Part shown: positions 36,836 through 46,872 of the stretch, in pieces | Numbering within the stretch: position 1 is the first letter of the stretch | How the letters are laid out: every line of letters begins with the position of its first letter | Source: a virus | Virus record (IMG/VR): IMGVR_UViG_3300009155_000048 | Span: 32,001 to 96,000 of that record | Direction: 5' to 3' (one strand) | Length of the DNA stretch: 64,000 bases | Notes under the pieces: model-generated | What the model saw: the letters and a program-made list of their open reading frames with translations, nothing else | What the model was told of the DNA's origin: nothing | Database searches by the model: none | Program-made: the position numbers and the translations under genes

Positions 36836-37442
36836 TAGAGCAATGATTGGCTGAGTAGATATATTTCCAATCTCTTTTAATATTAATACCTAAAGCTTCT
36901 GCTGTTGTAACAACATCTTCCAAACATTCCGAATCAGCACCACCAACAATAGTAACTTCTTTACCCTTTAACTTTTGAAATAAGTTATACAATTTAACAG
37001 GGCATTGAAACCACTGATGATTATTCCCAATAAATACTATAATAGTACCTTCTTCTGTTGGAAAATATTGACCTTTCTTTAGAGTTTTTTCTTGAGATTT
37101 AATCTGTTGATAAACTTCTTTACTTAGAATCTTTTTATAAAATTCAACATCAACATCATAATTATACCTCTTTTCGATTAAATCAACTTGATTAGGAAAT
37201 GTATATAAGTCTCCGTTTACTGGTATTTCAGGATTATCATCATACAAATAATCTTTATCTGGATTCTTACCATCAACATGGTTATCAAATATTTGATAAA
37301 CATTAGTAAAGTTATTACAATACTTTTTCAACTCATTCAAATACATTTCATTAAAGAACTTCTTAAATGACTTTTGAACATCAACAACCAATAGAGTAGA
37401 GTTATTTTTTTCAAAATTTTCAAATAGTTTAAGATATTTCAT
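36828..37442 (-). CDS. Isochorismatase/nicotinamidase-like cysteine hydrolase with targeting-like N-terminus
   Basis: LLVVDVQ, IEK, IVGGADSECL; MKYLKLFENF. Confidence 0.7.
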   Translation of the reverse strand: MKYLKLFENFEKNNSTLLVVDVQKSFKKFFNEMYLNELKKYCNNFTNVYQIFDNHVDGKNPDKDYLYDDNPEIPVNGDLYTFPNQVDLIEKRYNYDVDVEFYKKILSKEVYQQIKSQEKTLKKGQYFPTEEGTIIVFIGNNHQWFQCPVKLYNLFQKLKGKEVTIVGGADSECLEDVVTTAEALGINIKRDWKYIYSANHCSIS

Positions 37443-37467
37443 AGTGTATATATTAAAGTATGTGCAT

Positions 37468-37497
37468 AAAAAAACACCGAGTAATCGGTGTTTTTTA
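37468..37497 (-). terminator. Terminator
   Basis: AAAAAACACCGA-GTAA-TCGGTGTTTTTT. Confidence 0.75.
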
Positions 37498-37513
37498 TAA
37501 AGTGTTTTATAAA

Positions 37514-38098
37514 TTAAGCTGGTAATTCTTCTTCACCAGTTTCTTCCTCTTCTTCTTGAGTTTGTCCTTGACCTTGAGCCTCAGGTTGTGCTTGTGGTTG
37601 TGGTTGTGCTTGAACTGGTTGAGCTTCTCCTTGTGGAGCTACTTCCTCAAAACCTTCTCCACCAGTTTGAGCTTGTGCTTGTGGTTGAGCCTCGGTTTGA
37701 ACTTGAACCTGTGGTTGAGCTTGTGCTTGTGGATGAGCTTCAGGTTGTGCTTGTGGTTCAGTTTGAGCTTGTGGTTGAGCTTGTCCTTGAACAGGAGCTT
37801 GAGATTGACCTTGAACACCACCAACTAAAGCAGTTGCTGGAATTTTATCAGCATCAATACCTGCTTGAGCAACGTGTTTTACAATTTCTTCAGCAATATC
37901 CATATCACCAAAGAACTGACGTAAGTTCTTACCAGTATTATCTTTTACTTTCTTAACATAAGCATTAATTAATGATTGAGGAATATCAATCATACTTTTT
38001 ACTTTGTAAATATCGTTTACTTGAAAAACAGATTCTTTAATAATCTCTTCTCTTTTTCTTTCAACTCTATAAGATTCAAATTTTTTGATGTGTTTCAT
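37514..38098 (-). CDS. Q/P/A/E low-complexity protein with targeting-like N-terminus
   Basis: MKHIKKFESY..IIKES; AQPQ repeats. Confidence 0.75.
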   Translation of the reverse strand: MKHIKKFESYRVERKREEIIKESVFQVNDIYKVKSMIDIPQSLINAYVKKVKDNTGKNLRQFFGDMDIAEEIVKHVAQAGIDADKIPATALVGGVQGQSQAPVQGQAQPQAQTEPQAQPEAHPQAQAQPQVQVQTEAQPQAQAQTGGEGFEEVAPQGEAQPVQAQPQPQAQPEAQGQGQTQEEEEETGEEELPA

Positions 38099-38165
38099 CT
38101 TAAATCATTAATTTTTTAATTTCTTATTAGTATATATTATATCTAAAAAATCATTTTTTTCACTT

Positions 38166-38705
38166 TTAGTGAAAAGCAAAAAAGCCTATTAATATACCAA
38201 GTCCAACTCCAACAATCCCGGTTCCAATAGAATATGCTGCTCTTTGTAATTTCAATCCAGTTATTCTTTTTTCTTGATTAGTAATTATCTTATCTTTAAG
38301 TTTTAATTGATTTCCAGCTTTTTCTAGATCCAATTTATAATTTGCAATTTGTGTATTCAACTCTTTAATCTGGTCATCTTTCGCCTTGTTATTAGTTTCC
38401 AATGATTTAATCTTTGTCTCTAATATTGCAACTTGATTAGTATATTCATTAACCACAACAACATAAGCTTTGATTGTTGAGTCACAACTAATTTTCATTT
38501 TTTGAAATAAAGAATATAACTCTAAATCATTATCCAATGATTGAGCTTGATCAATACTTATAATTATACCTAATGTGTCACCACCAACAATATAGAAAGA
38601 TGGATAATCGATAGTCTTTGTAGAATCCACACTTAGTGTAGTTTGTTGAGCCATTACAGATACACTTAGTATCAAGCCAACCAATAGTGTTAATAAATGT
38701 TTCAT
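38166..38705 (-). CDS. Signal-peptide, coiled-coil, C-terminal TM protein; possible spanin component
   Basis: Hydrophobic N- and C-termini around a coiled coil. Confidence 0.45.
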   Translation of the reverse strand: MKHLLTLLVGLILSVSVMAQQTTLSVDSTKTIDYPSFYIVGGDTLGIIISIDQAQSLDNDLELYSLFQKMKISCDSTIKAYVVVVNEYTNQVAILETKIKSLETNNKAKDDQIKELNTQIANYKLDLEKAGNQLKLKDKIITNQEKRITGLKLQRAAYSIGTGIVGVGLGILIGFFAFH

Positions 38706-38708
38706 TTT

Positions 38709-39122
38709 TTATTTTAATTTTTTTCCTAAAGAGTTTAGTAAATCGACACCTTCTCTCTTAATAGGGGTTTCTTTAAGTTTTTTAATTTGTGCATTAATCT
38801 CGTCAACTTTGTGCCTTTCCTTATCCAAATCGACTTTAGCATTTGATAAGTCATTTTTAGATTTTAACAAATCTTTATTTAACTTATCAATTTTAGCCTT
38901 TTCAACATCAACAATTTGTTGAATACTATCAAATTTAACTTCTGATATTTTTCTAGCAGATGCCAATGAATCTCTTTCAGATTGAATTGAATTAACTTGT
39001 TCGGATAGTCTTTTATTTTCTTCCTTTAAATTTTTATCCTCAGTAGTTAACCATTTGTAAAGAAATATACCAGATGCGAGGAATAATACTATTATTATCC
39101 AACTTTTAGTATCAAGCTTCAT
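38709..39122 (-). CDS. N-terminal TM plus coiled coil; possible inner-membrane spanin
   Basis: Topology only. Confidence 0.45.
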   Translation of the reverse strand: MKLDTKSWIIIVLFLASGIFLYKWLTTEDKNLKEENKRLSEQVNSIQSERDSLASARKISEVKFDSIQQIVDVEKAKIDKLNKDLLKSKNDLSNAKVDLDKERHKVDEINAQIKKLKETPIKREGVDLLNSLGKKLK

Positions 39123-39212
39123 ATTAGTAAATATATTTTTTATAACGGAATAAATCCGTATCTTTGATATATATAAAAAATTAAATCTTTCTAAAATTAA
39201 ATAAAATTGTAT

Positions 39213-39719
39213 ATGTATAAAAGACTAGTTTGCTTTGACTTTGATGGTACCTTAATTCATACACCTACTCCCGAGGCTGGTAAACCAGAATGGGAAAAAC
39301 AAACCGGCCTTTCCTGGCAAGGTAGAGGATGGTGGGGTAATCCAGAATCACTTAATTTAAATGTATTCCAACCACCTGTAAATCAATGGGTATATAATCA
39401 CTACCTAAAAGAAACATCTGATCCAGATGCTTATGTCTTTTTAGCAACTGGTCGTTTATCTAAACTTGAAAAACAAGTGCTGGATGTATTGAAACTACAC
39501 GATATTAAATTTGATGATGTTTTTTGCAACACCGGTGGTGAGACATTTAAATTCAAGTGTTGGTTATTTGAAAGAATAATCAAACAAAATCCACACGCTA
39601 CTGAATTCACAATGTATGATGATCGTCACGAGCATTTGAAAGAATTTATACATTGGGCTAAACAACAACCTATCAAAGTAAATATTATTGATGTTGTAAA
39701 CAAAAAGCAAATTTTTTAA
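39213..39719 (+). CDS. HAD phosphatase of the 'Swiss Army Knife' RNA-repair type
   Basis: FDFDGTL..TP, WW..P.SL, TGR, TF.FK, YDDR..H. Confidence 0.75.
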   Translation: MYKRLVCFDFDGTLIHTPTPEAGKPEWEKQTGLSWQGRGWWGNPESLNLNVFQPPVNQWVYNHYLKETSDPDAYVFLATGRLSKLEKQVLDVLKLHDIKFDDVFCNTGGETFKFKCWLFERIIKQNPHATEFTMYDDRHEHLKEFIHWAKQQPIKVNIIDVVNKKQIF

Positions 39720-39731
39720 TATATACACATT

Positions 39732-40013
39732 ATGGCAACAATTACAAAAGAACAAGTAAGTGTACAAATAGAAGATATATTAGGACAACCTTATATACTA
39801 ATGTTACACAATGATGATCACAACACATTTGATTGGGTAATCGAATGTCTTATAAAAGTCTGTAAACATGACTTTGAACAGGCCTCACAATGTGCCCACT
39901 TAGTACATTTCACCGGTAAATGTGATGTTAAAAGAGGAGACCAAGAAACTATACAGAAAATGTATAACAAGCTTAAATCAGCCGGTCTTTCAGCAACTAT
40001 TGAGGAAGCTTAA
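39732..40013 (+). CDS. clpS: ClpS N-degron adaptor
   Basis: LHNDDHNTFDWVI..L...C.H..EQA.QCA..VH..GKC.VK. Confidence 0.9.
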   Translation: MATITKEQVSVQIEDILGQPYILMLHNDDHNTFDWVIECLIKVCKHDFEQASQCAHLVHFTGKCDVKRGDQETIQKMYNKLKSAGLSATIEEA

Positions 40014-40073
40014 TAATTAAAAAAAAATTGAATAAAATTTTTTTTATTCAATTTTTCTTTCTATATTTGTTAT

Positions 40074-40502
40074 ATGAAACATAACAAGTTATACTTAATC
40101 AAAACTCTTTCTGTTAAGAAAGGAGTAAATCTAACTGATGATTTACAAGAAATGATTCTTACTAAAATTGCTAATGTTTTAGATAAGAATGATGATAAAG
40201 ACATGATTGTTGAATCAATTGATGATAAAGAATTTATGTTTTTCAGACTTTCCTATATGAAAGTAATGAGAATCTGTAGTATCCTTGAATCATATATCAA
40301 CTACTCAGTTGATGAAATCAGCGATAAAGTTATTCTTGGTGATGTAGATGAATATGATTTCATCATTGATAATGATGATTTATCTAAGTTTTTTAATTCT
40401 TTCCGATTGGATAATGCTAGTGTGGATGATATTTTAGATAAAATTTTAGATAAAGGAATCAACTCTTTGGATGAAATTGATAAGTTAATCCTTGTGAAAT
40501 AA
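40074..40502 (+). CDS. Hypothetical protein with C-terminal DUF6576-like motif
   Basis: VDDILDKILDKGINSLDEIDKLIL. Confidence 0.65.
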   Translation: MKHNKLYLIKTLSVKKGVNLTDDLQEMILTKIANVLDKNDDKDMIVESIDDKEFMFFRLSYMKVMRICSILESYINYSVDEISDKVILGDVDEYDFIIDNDDLSKFFNSFRLDNASVDDILDKILDKGINSLDEIDKLILVK

Positions 40503-40532
40503 AAAAAAGACAACCAATTGGTTGTCTTTTTT
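40501..40532. terminator. Bidirectional terminator
   Basis: AAAAAAGACAACCAA-TTGGTTGTCTTTTTT. Confidence 0.75.
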
Positions 40533-40553
40533 ATTTTAGTAAACTTTTTTAAA

Positions 40554-40925
40554 TTATCCTAATGGATTAGCAGTTCTGTGAGATGCCCCACTAGCCAACG
40601 CTTGGAAGCCAGTAACACCTGTTTTGTAAATTACATAAATACCACCACTTCTACTGGATTGTACTCTTAATCCACCCTTAAAGTTATCTTCTTCTGCTTT
40701 TTCAATTAAGCTTTTCTTGGAAGCTTCCCAGTTTTTAGATTGTGGGTATTCATCTGGTTCAGCCATCAATTCTTTTTCGGCTTCTTCTAAAGCAACCATA
40801 AATTTATCTTTTGCTTCATCTTTTGCTGCACTAGATTCATGTCCAGTGAAGAACTTCTTAACACCACCTAAGATTTCTTCTTCTTCATTGATTGAGAAGC
40901 TTTCAAATGTTTTTAAATGTTTCAT
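40554..40925 (-). CDS. Hypothetical protein with targeting-like N-terminus
   Basis: MKHLKTFESFSINEE. Confidence 0.75.
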   Translation of the reverse strand: MKHLKTFESFSINEEEEILGGVKKFFTGHESSAAKDEAKDKFMVALEEAEKELMAEPDEYPQSKNWEASKKSLIEKAEEDNFKGGLRVQSSRSGGIYVIYKTGVTGFQALASGASHRTANPLG

Positions 40926-40972
40926 ATTCCTATGTTATTTTTTTTGTTTATTATATATATTAAATAAAAAAA

Positions 40973-41419
40973 CTACTTTTTTCTCACTTTATATTCTGGA
41001 TTATTAGCAATTCCAGATTTAGTCTTACTACCCCACCATCTACAGAAATATCTAATAGCAATATCAACGCCATTAAACTTCATTTGACCAGTAGCATATG
41101 GTTGTTCTTCTTGTCCTTCTATCTTTTCAGGTTGTTTATACTTATTTTGGTCTTTAGACACCTCACTATCATAATAGTAAAAAGTTAAAATCCATTTGAA
41201 TTTTTCTTCCTCTGGATTTAACTTAATTTTACCAACTAACTTTTTATGTTCATCAAGAATATCAATTTCTTGTTCAGAGTCATACATCTTAGTAGATAAT
41301 TTGTAAATATTTAAATACTTTTGATAGATAGTACTAAACTTTTTAGTAGGAGTAAAAGCTTTCTTTATCTTAGAAAAGAATCCCTCATTAAATTGCTCAA
41401 AGTTTTTAATATTTTTCAT
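40973..41419 (-). CDS. Hypothetical protein with targeting-like N-terminus
   Basis: ATG 41419 behind TAATATATA; MKNIKNFEQFNEG. Confidence 0.7.
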   Translation of the reverse strand: MKNIKNFEQFNEGFFSKIKKAFTPTKKFSTIYQKYLNIYKLSTKMYDSEQEIDILDEHKKLVGKIKLNPEEEKFKWILTFYYYDSEVSKDQNKYKQPEKIEGQEEQPYATGQMKFNGVDIAIRYFCRWWGSKTKSGIANNPEYKVRKK

Positions 41420-41429
41420 ATAGTATATA

Positions 41430-43577
41430 TTAAATTCCAAACCAATTTTTACCGCCACCATTCTGATTTTTGTATTGACTCATAAACTTTCTTTGTCTAT
41501 TAACATTTATAATAGAAGAATAATCAATACCATCTTTGTGATCTCCTCTTTTAAGTATTTCTTTCCAAGAATTTAATGTACCAGAATCAACAATTTTTGA
41601 TGCACAATCTTCTATCATTTCTCTAAAATCATATTTAGAAAAAACACTAGCAGCATTAACCAAGGTCATCACCGTATCATCATGTCCAATATCAGCAGCA
41701 TATCTAATATTACCAGATGATGTTATGTGTTTAACAAATGTTGTTATCTCTCTAATATTATTTTCATTTGTTATGATGAAATTCTTTTTATCCATTGCAT
41801 CTTGATAATCTTTTACCAACATATTCTTATTTTCACCAACCTTTAATCCAACTCTTTCTTCTGTAGAATCAGCTCTATGTTTATATCTAAAGAAAACACT
41901 AGATCCATAATTATTATTTCCATCAAATACATAAGGTAAGTGAGCCAAGAATTCATTACCATAGTTATTTAACTCTAAAACAACCTTAAAGTTCTCATAG
42001 TTAAAGTACTCAAATAATAATGTGTAGAATAGTTCAGCTAATTGCTTAACTGAAACAAAATTAGACCTGTAAATAGCAATTTGCTCTAAACAAAAGAAAT
42101 CAGATAGTTGTGTATAATTACCTTGTTGTATTTCAACAGTTTCTTGTGATTTTGGTGATATTTTAAATATATTAATAATTGAATAGTCTTGACCTAATCC
42201 TTCCGATATATCCACAGATATAACACCTTTAGCTGAGTTTCTCATAATTGGACTAAAAACATCATCATCATCAACCCAGTGTAAGTCATCATAAGAAAAT
42301 TTAAGACGTTTTGTTAATTCTGGTATTTCCTCATATACATAGTTCTTTTTATTATTAAGTAATTGTTCAATTAAATTCTCACTAAGTAAAGATCTGGTAG
42401 CGTTAACAAATCTCAATCCATACTCTTGATTGAATGCGTCTTCACCACCAATATCTTTGATAGCTTCTTCTTTCCAAGTTGTTACTTCTGACACCGCGTA
42501 AATTGGAAGTTCCATATCATCTTCTTTAACTATTTGAAACTCTTTAACTATTTTATCAGTACAAGCATCATTATTGTAGATATAAATAACATCTTTAATT
42601 AAATCTGGTATGAACTTCATCTCAACCTTAGTGTGTTCACCAAATTGTCTCTGAACCTGTTCAAAAATATATTCTTTTGTCAACCCATGTTCATACATTT
42701 TATGGTTATTTAATCTAAAGAATGTAACAAAACGACCAGGAACCTGATGCCAATAAACTCTCATTGGCTTATAGTTATTCTTCAATGGATCTCCATCCGG
42801 TCTTTCAGCATCACTTAGTAACCTATAAAATAGATTCATACCATTTGGGGTTGAAGTAATTACAATCTTAGAGTTCTCAATCGCAGAAACAGTTGGAAAG
42901 GCAGCAGTATAGTAAGGTTCGATGATATTACTCGGAATATGAGCAAACTCATCAAGATATAAGAAGTCAATAGTAAAACCAATCGCAGGAGTCTTACTTC
43001 GAGCTGATGATTTAATTCTACAACCATTATCAAAAATCATTGATTGTTGGTTTAGATTCTTAATACCAGCCTTTAGAAAGAAAGGTAATTGTGCATATAT
43101 GTTTCTTATCTTATCAATAATCTCAATTGTAGTACCTCTAATATTAGCAACAATCATAATATTCTTATCATTATTAAATGTAATGAAGTGTAACATTGTG
43201 ATAGCAGCATTGATAGTTTTACCAATCTGACGAGATCCACATAATATTGAAAATCTATTTTTAGTGTATAGGTCTAAAATATCCCTCTGATAATCTCTTA
43301 ATTTGATATTCTGAACAGAACCATCTTCTGTTTTAATTCTACAGTATTTTTCGGCAAAGTATTGAATATCTAATTTACACTTGATGTACTCTTGGATTTC
43401 ATCCTCGGTCATCATAAATGTTATACCAGCTCTTCGGTAACCAATTTCATTCTTAAACCAAGGATTCTGAAAACGCTTTACAACAACACCATCATTGATT
43501 TTCTCAGTTATATCATCAATTAGTTTACTAGTAAAAACAAATTTCTTTTCCTCGGTTGGTTTTTTAGCAACTGCCAT
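41430..43577 (-). CDS. Terminase large subunit (gp17-like)
   Basis: SRQIGKT, LDEFAH, TSTPNG, FNQEY, VDISEG.G.DYS, HDD.VM. Confidence 0.95.
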   Translation of the reverse strand: MAVAKKPTEEKKFVFTSKLIDDITEKINDGVVVKRFQNPWFKNEIGYRRAGITFMMTEDEIQEYIKCKLDIQYFAEKYCRIKTEDGSVQNIKLRDYQRDILDLYTKNRFSILCGSRQIGKTINAAITMLHFITFNNDKNIMIVANIRGTTIEIIDKIRNIYAQLPFFLKAGIKNLNQQSMIFDNGCRIKSSARSKTPAIGFTIDFLYLDEFAHIPSNIIEPYYTAAFPTVSAIENSKIVITSTPNGMNLFYRLLSDAERPDGDPLKNNYKPMRVYWHQVPGRFVTFFRLNNHKMYEHGLTKEYIFEQVQRQFGEHTKVEMKFIPDLIKDVIYIYNNDACTDKIVKEFQIVKEDDMELPIYAVSEVTTWKEEAIKDIGGEDAFNQEYGLRFVNATRSLLSENLIEQLLNNKKNYVYEEIPELTKRLKFSYDDLHWVDDDDVFSPIMRNSAKGVISVDISEGLGQDYSIINIFKISPKSQETVEIQQGNYTQLSDFFCLEQIAIYRSNFVSVKQLAELFYTLLFEYFNYENFKVVLELNNYGNEFLAHLPYVFDGNNNYGSSVFFRYKHRADSTEERVGLKVGENKNMLVKDYQDAMDKKNFIITNENNIREITTFVKHITSSGNIRYAADIGHDDTVMTLVNAASVFSKYDFREMIEDCASKIVDSGTLNSWKEILKRGDHKDGIDYSSIINVNRQRKFMSQYKNQNGGGKNWFGI

Positions 43578-43594
43578 AAGGAGTTAATATTTTT

Positions 43595-43605
43595 CAATAT
43601 ATATA
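43595..43605. promoter_or_regulatory. (T)AATATATA putative late promoter, a representative divergent copy
   Basis: Also at 86+, 9682-, 13253+, 17200-, 20244-, 24320-, 27015-, 27763, 32151-, 34043+, 36436+, 37447-, 38131-, 41424-, 45320-, 46842+, 54472+, 56318+, 60488+, 62802-. Confidence 0.75.
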
Positions 43606-43624
43606 AGAAACATTACTTTCCTAT

Positions 43625-44245
43625 ATGAGTAAGAAAGAAGAAAAGATAAATGACCTTCAAAATGAATTCAATAGAATTCAAGAAGAAAATAAAGATTTAG
43701 ATGTTAGTAAATATCTAGCAAAGAAAGAAGATTTACCAGATTTAGGTGAAATTCAAATCTATGATTATGATTCCGACTTAGAAGATTCTCAGAAATTAGC
43801 ATCCGAAGTTATGGAATCTTTAGTTGACCTATATTTAGGAGATAATCCAAGTATTGCACATCATGATTATGTTGTTAAGAAAATGAAGGAAGATGCTCAA
43901 GTATATGCAGATACTCTTTTTCTACAAAAGATGACAAGAAAGAATCTACTAACACAAATGAGACAAGTAGATAATGGTGACACATCAGCAAGAATGCACG
44001 AGGTGATAAATCAATCATTCTCTCAAATGAGAGATAACATTAAATTCTCACAAACACAAAAAACTGAACTAGAAAAGTTTTATAAAGAAATGAGAAGAGA
44101 TTTAGGTCTTAATGAGATATCGGAGTCAATGGAACAAAAGAATATTGAACAACAAACCGAAGATGTTAAAGAAGAAGGTAAAATTGTTGATTCTAGAAGT
44201 TTGAATAATATGATTGATTCATACTTAAAGAACAAGAAAGATTAA
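43625..44245 (+). CDS. Helical hypothetical protein divergent from terminase; small-terminase candidate
   Basis: Position and coiled-coil character only. Confidence 0.4.
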   Translation: MSKKEEKINDLQNEFNRIQEENKDLDVSKYLAKKEDLPDLGEIQIYDYDSDLEDSQKLASEVMESLVDLYLGDNPSIAHHDYVVKKMKEDAQVYADTLFLQKMTRKNLLTQMRQVDNGDTSARMHEVINQSFSQMRDNIKFSQTQKTELEKFYKEMRRDLGLNEISESMEQKNIEQQTEDVKEEGKIVDSRSLNNMIDSYLKNKKD

Positions 44246-45093
44246 AGTAACTTTCTAAATGACTCAAATGTTTTGATTAAGGTAGATAGTGATAATATTA
44301 CCTTTTTAGTTTCTGTTTTATTGTAATGGTTATCATTAATCTTATTAACAAGCAAAACTGGCTTATAGTCAATAATATTCTCTTTAATGACATCTTTAAG
44401 TCCTCTATCAGTATTTGATAATAAAACTTCTAAAAGACCATTGATATCATCAGTTACTTTTAATGTATCATAATTATTATCATAGAATGAAACTTGGTCA
44501 TATCTAGTTATCTCTTCATCAATGAATTTATTACCTTCTGTTTTATATCCAATCAAATGTTGTAATAATAATCTCATCTTTTTGAAATTAACTTCATCTT
44601 TATCTATATTAGAGAAGTTATCAGATATAAAGTAAAAATTCTTAATTTTAAGACCTTGTTCTTTTAATTTTTCTTCTAAATTATCAATAAGAGTTTGATA
44701 ATTTCTTTTTGTTTGTTTAGAACAGATAATATAAATATCATCAGTTTTATTTTTTAATTCAGATACAACTGATAAATTTAACTCAAAGTTCATTTCATCA
44801 ATGATATCTTTATTGAGAAACTCTTGTAAACTAATAGCCAAATTACTAAATTCAGTTTTATATGTTTTTGCTTTAATCTTTAATTTATTAACTAATTCGG
44901 TAGGTAACCAAAATGTTTTACCATTAAATTCTATTTTATTACCTTGTTTTCTATAAATACCACTTTGTATAAGATTAAAATCGGATTTAGATATTTTTAA
45001 AATAGGAATGTTAGGATTATTTTTATCAACAATCCAGGCTTGATTTTCAAACTTAATTAATGTGTCTATATCAAAAAAATGTGATTTCACCAT
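44242..45093 (-). CDS. Hypothetical protein, possibly degenerate HAD fold
   Basis: HFFDIDTL...IICS...FYDNN. Confidence 0.5.
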   Translation of the reverse strand: MVKSHFFDIDTLIKFENQAWIVDKNNPNIPILKISKSDFNLIQSGIYRKQGNKIEFNGKTFWLPTELVNKLKIKAKTYKTEFSNLAISLQEFLNKDIIDEMNFELNLSVVSELKNKTDDIYIICSKQTKRNYQTLIDNLEEKLKEQGLKIKNFYFISDNFSNIDKDEVNFKKMRLLLQHLIGYKTEGNKFIDEEITRYDQVSFYDNNYDTLKVTDDINGLLEVLLSNTDRGLKDVIKENIIDYKPVLLVNKINDNHYNKTETKKVILSLSTLIKTFESFRKLL

Positions 45094-45314
45094 AATTTTT
45101 TATTTTCTCCTGCTCTTTGTACATTGATAGAAATAGGATGTGCCTGACCATCAAATCTACTTCCCTCATATGTTTTATCTACCCAAGTCACCCCACCAGA
45201 TAATTCACCATCAAAGCTTCTACACTTTGGACAATACTTAGGCGCTTCTTCTTCCATATAAATAAAAGTTCCTCTGCACCAAGGACTTTGGCAAATTGCT
45301 TTTTTTTCTTCCAT
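45087..45314 (-). CDS. Small zinc-ribbon protein
   Basis: CQSPWC...CPKC. Confidence 0.65.
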   Translation of the reverse strand: MEEKKAICQSPWCRGTFIYMEEEAPKYCPKCRSFDGELSGGVTWVDKTYEGSRFDGQAHPISINVQRAGENKKLW

Positions 45315-45332
45315 AGTAGTATATATTAAATA

Positions 45333-45360
45333 AAAAACCCACCGTTTTGGTGGGTTTTTT
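45333..45360 (-). terminator. Terminator
   Basis: AAAAACCCACC-GTTTT-GGTGGGTTTTT. Confidence 0.75.
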
Positions 45361-45364
45361 ATTT

Positions 45365-45817
45365 TTATTTTATATATCCTTGACTTAGCGCAAATTCATA
45401 TAGAACTGGTAAGTTTAGATACCTCATAAATCCATTTTTAATATCCTCTAATGTTTTTGATTTTTTTAATATAGACATAATCATGAAACCAAATTCCTCT
45501 TGGAATTGCAAGTCACATTCTGACCAAGGTCTATTATAGTTTTGCAACGTCACCCATTCATTATCACCACCGGTTAACCAATATAAAGCTCTTCTAGGTT
45601 CTACTGTAGAAAAATCAAGTGGTAATTCTTTTTTCCAGATGGATTCATCCAAATTTGGATTTCTCATCATGATAGAAACAGCTTCTGCAATATCGGTGGT
45701 AATTTCATTACCAACCTCAAAAAACAATTCGCCGTTTACTTCTTTGCTGATTCTCACAAAGTTAGATTCTGTTAGTATTCTAACATTGTTATTTTTTGTG
45801 AAACGTTTTTTTCTCAT
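45365..45817 (-). CDS. Hypothetical protein
   Basis: 150-aa ORF. Confidence 0.7.
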   Translation of the reverse strand: MRKKRFTKNNNVRILTESNFVRISKEVNGELFFEVGNEITTDIAEAVSIMMRNPNLDESIWKKELPLDFSTVEPRRALYWLTGGDNEWVTLQNYNRPWSECDLQFQEEFGFMIMSILKKSKTLEDIKNGFMRYLNLPVLYEFALSQGYIK

Positions 45818-45834
45818 AAAAGAAAAATGATTTT

Positions 45835-46128
45835 TTATATCTCAATCAAATTTATTCCACTGACAAACTTTCCTTTGAATGTTCCTCCCTCAAAGATTCC
45901 ATTCTGAAAAGTTCCGTAGAACTCACCACTTTTAAAAATACCATAGTGCCAGTTACCAGAGTAGTAACTACCACCATACCAAATTAAAGTGTTGTTTTTG
46001 ATTTCGATTTGTGCATCCTCTACTTCCGAATCAATTAACCAATGAAAGTTTTCTTTCTCAAGGATGTTTAAGATTTTATTTTGATTTACTATCTTATTTT
46101 CATTATAAATCAGCTCATTAAAACGCAT
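45835..46128 (-). CDS. Hypothetical protein with Gx[FWY] short repeats
   Basis: GSY.SGNW..GIF.SGEF.GTF.NGIF.GGTF.GKF. Confidence 0.65.
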   Translation of the reverse strand: MRFNELIYNENKIVNQNKILNILEKENFHWLIDSEVEDAQIEIKNNTLIWYGGSYYSGNWHYGIFKSGEFYGTFQNGIFEGGTFKGKFVSGINLIEI

Positions 46129-46231
46129 ATTCTCTTATTAATTTAAATCATTATTACTTATTTATATATTTGATTGAAATCTCAACAAAACATCTATATC
46201 TAGAAATTTTGAGATTTTTTATGATTTAGCA

Positions 46232-46263
46232 TAAAAAAACCCACCAAGTTATTGGTGGGTTTG
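46232..46263 (-). terminator. Terminator
   Basis: AAACCCACCAA-GTTA-TTGGTGGGTTT. Confidence 0.75.
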
Positions 46264-46278
46264 ATAAGTAATTTTTTA

Positions 46279-46671
46279 TTAACTATTAGACTGACTTTTT
46301 AAGAAAGCTTTTTCTTTTCTTGTAAGAGATTCCATACCAGAAGTACTGATTTTCTCAAGAACAGTATCTACATCCATATCAGAAAAGTCATAAAATTTAG
46401 TAAATGTGATTGGCTTCATTGAAGCAAAGTATTCAGCAAGTTCATCAACATAAATAACTTCTGTTGTTCCTTTGTTAATATAGGCAATTATGTTGAATCT
46501 TGTAGAGTCACAGAAAAGAAAATCGGCTGTCTTTTTCATTTCCATAAGTTTTTTACCAGAAAACTTACTAACAGGAATACCATTATCATCACGAAGTCTT
46601 TCAAAATCAACAACAGAATTACACATTCTCAAGTCAATTTTGATGTATTTGTTATCGAAGTATTTAGACAT
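46279..46671 (-). CDS. Hypothetical protein with C-terminal DUF6576-like motif
   Basis: VDTVLEKISTSGMESLTRKEKAFL; ATG 46671 preferred, start uncertain. Confidence 0.65.
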   Translation of the reverse strand: MSKYFDNKYIKIDLRMCNSVVDFERLRDDNGIPVSKFSGKKLMEMKKTADFLFCDSTRFNIIAYINKGTTEVIYVDELAEYFASMKPITFTKFYDFSDMDVDTVLEKISTSGMESLTRKEKAFLKSQSNS

Positions 46672-46872
46672 TTTATTAAATATTAGATTGTGATTGTTTA
46701 TCAAAGATATGGAATAATTATTGAAATACAAAATTATTTTTACTATTTATTACTATTCTATCAATTGATAAACAAATATACGGAATAATTATTAGATTAT
46801 CAAACTTTATCAGTATTTAAGATTTTCCGGTGATATAAAATTAATATATAAGTAAAATTTTAGGCTTAAATT

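Noticed and set aside
37556-37956. Leu/Val-rich ORFs opposite 37514-38098
   Set aside because: Antisense shadows of Gln/Pro/Ala repeats
42480-42735. Intein in terminase
   Set aside because: No N-terminal Cys/Ser block, no His-Asn terminus, too short
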